Shown: positions 59,564 to 64,000 of the stretch, piece by piece
How the letters are laid out: each line of letters begins with the position of its first letter
Position numbering within the stretch: position 1 is the stretch's first letter
Source: Pyrinomonadaceae bacterium
GTDB lineage: Bacteria; Acidobacteriota; Blastocatellia; Pyrinomonadales; Pyrinomonadaceae
DNA length: 64,000 bases
Reading direction: 5' to 3'
Assembly: GCA_035472495.1 (NCBI GenBank)
Contig: DATIPD010000006.1
Coordinates: 37,312 to 101,311 of the forward strand
The notes under the pieces: model-generated
What the model saw: the letters and a program-made list of their open reading frames with translations, nothing else
The model's database searches: none
Told to the model about the DNA's origin: nothing
Translations under genes and position numbers: made by a program

Positions 59564-59984
59564 TCGCTTCGAACGGTGTTGCCGGGGAGCGCCACCGCTG
59601 CTGGTGCGCGCTCCACGCGGTCCGGTCCTTCCTTACCAATTTCCAGCACAACAAACGGTCCCGGTTCGTAGGCTACTTTTCCTGGAGGGGTTGGCCCGGA
59701 TGAAGCTTCGTCCGGAACACTTCTTCGTGGAGCTGGCGCGCCTTATTGGGCTTCCGAATCATGGCCGCGGCTGGCCCCCAAACTTGATTTGAAATAAATG
59801 AGTCTTTCGAGGCGAACGTCTTACCAGACTGCGTTAATCCTGCTGTTATCTAACTTCTGTTAGGCTGAAATCAAGCTGGAAAATCGACATTTGGCCGTTG
59901 CTGCGGCTCGAGCACCGAAACGCAGAGCATTGGGTGGTCTTTTGGTTAAGTTCAGATTAACCAGGAGAACCACCCCTATGTTAA

Positions 59985-61562
59985 GTGACAAGAAGAGCAA
60001 TGAAACGCAACATGATTTCGGTAGGAGTAACTATCAATAGGACCAGGTCTTTGTCTTTAGCCAGTCGCTCGGGATCAGGGATGGAAGCTGCAACGAATTT
60101 GAATCGCTGGCGACAGCAGTTAGTTGGGTTCGGGCTTAGTCTCGTATTGGGCCTTGCCGTTGTCTTTAACGATCGACACTGCGCGTACGCTCAACAGCCG
60201 GTGGCGTCACCCCAGGCGACGCCTTTTGCCGGTCCGAGTCCCGCAGTGGCTGTCCCTTCGCCGGTAACACCGGCTCCTACGGCTGCACCACCCTCGCTTC
60301 CGTTATCTATGCAAAGCGCTTCCGCTTCGGGGCTGTTAACCCTGGATGAAGCCTTACGACTTGCTAACGCAGCGTCATCAGGTTTTCAGCAGGCCGCGCT
60401 CAACGAACAAATAGCGAGCGAAGATATCAAGCAAGCACGCGCCGCCTTTCTGCCGCGCGTTTCTGCTCCGCTTAGTTACCTATACACATCTCCTGCGATG
60501 GGCTTGCCGCCGGGCACGCCACGAGCCCCGAGCTTTATCGCTAACAACGCCATCAGCGAGTACCAGGCCTATTTAGAGGTTGCTGGTGATCTCGATATCG
60601 CCGGACGTTTGCGCGCAACGCTCGCGAAGAATCAGGCCCTTTTGGAAGCAGCACATGCCGGCACCGAGGTCGCGAAGCGTGCTTTGAGACTTGCTGTGGT
60701 CGACGCTTACTACGGCCTGGCTCTGGCAACTGCGCAGCGCGAAGCCGCCGAAAAGAACCTGGTCGCGGCCGAGGAGTTTGAACGAATCACCGCATTGCTC
60801 TTTAACGGCGGCGAAGTAGCGGAAGTAGATCTGACTCGGGCACAACTGCAATCGATCGGGCGGCGCGACGAATTGGAGCGAGCTAAAGCAAGTGAAGCAG
60901 TTGCTGCTGGGTCTTTGCGCGTCCTGGTAGGTTATGAATTTACACAACCGATTAATACGACGGAACTGGCCCAGGGAGTGCCCGCTCTTTCGGCGTTCCA
61001 ACAGTTCCGGGCAGACACGATTTCCCAGCGGCCTGAGTTCACGCAATTTGAAGCTCAGCTGCGCGCGGCAAAGCAGGACATAAAAATCGCGCGCGCCGAT
61101 CGGTTGCCGCAACTGGCTTACTCGATTCTCGGCGGCTTCGATACAGACTCTTTGCGGCCAGCGCCACTCAGGGAACATACCGGAGTATCTGGTGCGATTA
61201 GTTTGACCATCCCGATATTCGATTGGGGTGCGAGCAGGAGTAAAGAACGTCAGGCGCGGTTGCGGGCCCAGGTTGCGGAGAACGAACAGAAAATTGCGCT
61301 GCGCGGTTTCACTCAGGAGTTTTACGCCGCGCAGGCACAAGTGGCTTCAGCCGCCGAGCGCATTCGTTTGGCGAATACCGGTATTACAAAAGCTGAAAGC
61401 AATCTGAGCGCGTCCATCGCGCGTTATCGCGCGGGCGAGGCCCAGATCATTGAAGTGACCGATGCAATGACGACCCTCGCTGCGCAAAGATTCGCGCTTT
61501 TCCAGGCGGTCTTCGACTATCAAACGGCCCTCGCGCGCCTGCGGCAGGCATCAGGGCGATGA
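59985..61562 (+). CDS. TolC-family outer-membrane efflux protein
   Basis: 525-aa ORF with an OEP repeat structure. The true start is probably internal (M at 60000 or 60081, before the signal-like segment). Confidence 0.8.
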   Translation: MTRRAMKRNMISVGVTINRTRSLSLASRSGSGMEAATNLNRWRQQLVGFGLSLVLGLAVVFNDRHCAYAQQPVASPQATPFAGPSPAVAVPSPVTPAPTAAPPSLPLSMQSASASGLLTLDEALRLANAASSGFQQAALNEQIASEDIKQARAAFLPRVSAPLSYLYTSPAMGLPPGTPRAPSFIANNAISEYQAYLEVAGDLDIAGRLRATLAKNQALLEAAHAGTEVAKRALRLAVVDAYYGLALATAQREAAEKNLVAAEEFERITALLFNGGEVAEVDLTRAQLQSIGRRDELERAKASEAVAAGSLRVLVGYEFTQPINTTELAQGVPALSAFQQFRADTISQRPEFTQFEAQLRAAKQDIKIARADRLPQLAYSILGGFDTDSLRPAPLREHTGVSGAISLTIPIFDWGASRSKERQARLRAQVAENEQKIALRGFTQEFYAAQAQVASAAERIRLANTGITKAESNLSASIARYRAGEAQIIEVTDAMTTLAAQRFALFQAVFDYQTALARLRQASGR

Positions 61563-61582
61563 AACAAAACCGATGAACGATC

Positions 61583-62989
61583 ATGAGTGACCTGGACAAA
61601 ACAAACCACACGCAGGATCCGCCGGAGAACGAAGCGGAGCAAAAAGTCTGGCTAGCGGTGCGATCGGAACGACTGGCCCGTGAGCGACGGCGCAATCTAA
61701 TACTCGTCGTCGCTTCAGTGGCGTTGGTCGCTTTGGTTTTGCTGGTGCTGGTGATTTGGTTGTGGCGCCGTAGTGCGACGACCACTGAGCAAGCCGCTGA
61801 AGTAGTGGTTAGCGTGAAGGTGGCAAAGGCCGAGAAAGAAACAATTTCCGCTCCGGTTTCGGCGCTAGGCACGATTTTCCCCCGTGACAAAGCAACGGTC
61901 GCAGCGAAGATCGGGGCGCAGATCAAGTCGATGGCGCTCTTGAAAAACAAGCTGGTCAGGGCGGGCGAGGTGATCGCCGTGCTCGAATCGCGCGACCTGG
62001 TGGCCCAACGCAACGAAGCCATAGCAGCGCTAAATCAGGAGCGAGCAAGCGAGCGCAGCGTGGCCACCGGTACGATTCCGCAAACAAACGCGCAGGACCA
62101 AAAGGCCTTGCGCGACGCGCAAGCCAAAGTGAACACCGCACGCGCTACCTTTGAACGCCGACAAGTGCTCTTCAATCAAGGCGGCATTTCCAAAAAAGAT
62201 CTGGAAAGTTCACAACTGGAGCTGACGACCGCCGAAACGGAATTGCGTCTGGCCGAGCAGACGGTGTCGCTACGGACAAAGTTTATTAATCCAAACGATC
62301 GTGCGCTGGCGCAAGCACGAGTTCAAGCGGCCCAGCAGCGGGTGGCCACGCTTGACGCGCAGCTGGGTTACGCCACCATCCGGGCGCCCATCACGGGCAT
62401 CGTTACGGATCAATTTCAGTACGAGGGTGAATTTGCCGCAGCCGGCGGCCAACTGGTCAGTATCGCCGATGTTAGCCAGGTGATCGTTAAGGCCCCGTTC
62501 GCCGACAACGTTACAGCGCAACTGAAGGTAGGCGACGTCGCTAAAGTTTTACCGACAGATACGACCTCTGAAGAGATGACGGGACAGGTATCGCTGATAA
62601 GCCGATCCAGCGATCCCCTTAATCGCACTGTGGAAGTGTGGGTCACGCTCGCCAATGGAGCTGGCAAACTGCGCGTCAATGGCGCGGCCCAGGTTACTGC
62701 GGAAACTCTGACGAAGGAGGACGCGATCGTAGTGCCGTTGGCCGCGGTCACGCTGGATGCGAGCAACGCCGCCGAAGGAACCGTGATGGTAGTCGACGCA
62801 ACAAATGTCGCTCGCGAGACCAAGGTGGTTATCGGGATTCGCACCCAGGACAAAGTTGAAATAACCGAGGGCCTCAAAGGTGGAGAAACCGTTGTGATTG
62901 AAGGGAACTATTCTTTGCCTGACGGCACCAGGATCGCAGTGAGTGAAGACAAGAACGACAACGAAGAAAAGAAAGCTGATGAAAAGTAA
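61583..62989 (+). CDS. RND efflux periplasmic adaptor (HlyD/MFP family)
   Basis: N-terminal TM helix, coiled-coil hairpin, lipoyl and beta-barrel motifs (IRAPITGIV). Confidence 0.85.
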   Translation: MSDLDKTNHTQDPPENEAEQKVWLAVRSERLARERRRNLILVVASVALVALVLLVLVIWLWRRSATTTEQAAEVVVSVKVAKAEKETISAPVSALGTIFPRDKATVAAKIGAQIKSMALLKNKLVRAGEVIAVLESRDLVAQRNEAIAALNQERASERSVATGTIPQTNAQDQKALRDAQAKVNTARATFERRQVLFNQGGISKKDLESSQLELTTAETELRLAEQTVSLRTKFINPNDRALAQARVQAAQQRVATLDAQLGYATIRAPITGIVTDQFQYEGEFAAAGGQLVSIADVSQVIVKAPFADNVTAQLKVGDVAKVLPTDTTSEEMTGQVSLISRSSDPLNRTVEVWVTLANGAGKLRVNGAAQVTAETLTKEDAIVVPLAAVTLDASNAAEGTVMVVDATNVARETKVVIGIRTQDKVEITEGLKGGETVVIEGNYSLPDGTRIAVSEDKNDNEEKKADEK

Positions 62990-63030
62990 ACGTGACCAGT
63001 AGTGCACGCGGTCCGAGGATGAACTGACCA

Positions 63031-64000
63031 TTGAATCTCGCTCGCTTCATTTCACAACAATCGCGCGCGGTAGTTGTCTTAATCCTGCTTCTCTCAGTCG
63101 CCGGGTTATACGCAGCCTGGCAGCTTCCGACGGCCATCTTTCCGCAAACTGACTTTCCCCGGATTGTTATCATCGTAGACGATGGCGTGGTGCCGGCGCC
63201 GCAGATGCTCGCGTCTGTTACCCGGCCGCTGGAAGAAGCGATGAACGGTATCCCCGGAATCGTGCGCATCAAGTCGACGACCTCTCGTGGCGCCTGCGAA
63301 GTCAACTTGTTTTTCGATTGGCGTGTGGACGTGATGCAGTCGATGCAGCTGGTCCAGGCGCGGCTGTCTCAGCTTTCCTCAACGCTCCCTTCAACCGCAG
63401 CCATTCGGAATGTAGACCGGCTGACTTTTGCAGTTTTCCCAGTCGCCGGTTTCAGTTTAGTTTCGGATACGCGCGATCCGGCATCCCTGCGTGACATTGG
63501 AAATTACACGATCAAACCCCGGCTGGCCCGGCTCGCCGGCGTTGCCGATGTAGCGGTTGCCGGCGGCAAGAACCGCGAATATCACGTAACGATCGATCCC
63601 GAGCGCCTGAACGCGCATGGAGTTTCAGTGCAACAGGTTGCAGACGCAGTGCGCAATTCGAATGTGGTTGAATCGCCGGGCTTGATTGAAGAGAACCATC
63701 AGCTCGAACTCACCCTGGTAAGTGGACAAGCGACCGCGCCAGACCAGTTGAATTCCATTGTCGTGGCGGTTGTGAACAATGCGCCCGTTAAAATCGCTGA
63801 AGTGGCCACGGTCGGCTCCGGTGTCGAACCGGAATACACAATCGTCACCGCCGACGGTCATCCGGCAGTACTGCTGAACATCAGACGTCAACCCGATGCA
63901 AACACGGTAACTGTAGATGACGAAGTGAAAGCTGAGTTGGCAGCCATCGCTCCACTGCTTCCCAGGGACGTAAAGATTGCTCCTTTCTACGATCAGTCAT
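63031..64000 (+). CDS. RND efflux permease (AcrB/CzcA family), 5' partial, runs off the window
   Basis: Open frame from the TTG at 63031 (absent from the ORF track). LNLARFISQQSRAVVVLILLLSVAGLYAAWQLPTAIFPQTDFPRIVIIVD... is a typical RND N-terminus. An in-frame TGA lies at 63025. Confidence 0.85.
   Translation, partial: MNLARFISQQSRAVVVLILLLSVAGLYAAWQLPTAIFPQTDFPRIVIIVDDGVVPAPQMLASVTRPLEEAMNGIPGIVRIKSTTSRGACEVNLFFDWRVDVMQSMQLVQARLSQLSSTLPSTAAIRNVDRLTFAVFPVAGFSLVSDTRDPASLRDIGNYTIKPRLARLAGVADVAVAGGKNREYHVTIDPERLNAHGVSVQQVADAVRNSNVVESPGLIEENHQLELTLVSGQATAPDQLNSIVVAVVNNAPVKIAEVATVGSGVEPEYTIVTADGHPAVLLNIRRQPDANTVTVDDEVKAELAAIAPLLPRDVKIAPFYDQS

Noticed and set aside
18161-62022. Long antisense shadow ORFs inside confident genes, e.g. 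18161-18748(+), 23475-24146(+), 27369-27959(+), 34975-35496(-), 39941-40498(-), 49908-50375(-), 57919-58419(-), 60573-61340(-) and 61447-62022(-).
   Set aside because: Each lies fully within a longer ORF on the opposite strand that has clear family motifs. Their compositions (Arg/Ser/Pro-rich) are typical of GC-rich antisense frames.

Overview
This is a 64-kb bacterial chromosomal window. Its gene content suggests an Acidobacteriota-like genome (inference only): a VWFA-related protein, a CadC-type wHTH/TolB-propeller regulator, a giant beta-helix/DUF4214 protein and many families of low-complexity palindromic repeats.

Left third: a composite c-di-GMP enzyme, a REC-PAS histidine kinase with a sigma54 activator, an M28 peptidase, and a tryptophan -> anthranilate -> anthraniloyl-CoA catabolic cluster. 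The cluster holds kynA, a kynU-like gene, an aryl-CoA ligase, a split flavin monooxygenase plus OYE reductase, beta-oxidation enzymes and RidA.

Middle: a 4-hydroxybenzoyl-CoA-reductase-like molybdenum hydroxylase operon. It is interrupted by a 1.3-kb toxin/aspartic-protease cassette bracketed by a duplicated gene end. Also here are a ParE-type TA pair, panCB, folK and several secreted or surface proteins.

Right third holds the outstanding feature: a 5.9-kb same-strand array of about 28 tRNA genes. All 20 amino acids are represented, 3' CCA is encoded in all but one, and many members are non-canonical. The genes are interleaved with palindromic hairpins, and rtcB (RNA ligase) and an HNH endonuclease are embedded. 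Orphan genes follow (DIP1984 family, Bcs1-like AAA+), then a YpfJ peptidase, HtrA, a two-CxxCH cytochrome c/TPR protein and a TolC/MFP/RND efflux operon whose RND gene is cut by the window end.

All tRNA folds, repeat boundaries and domain calls were made by eye from the sequence and the ORF track. RNA and repeat coordinates may be off by a few nt. No database search was run.
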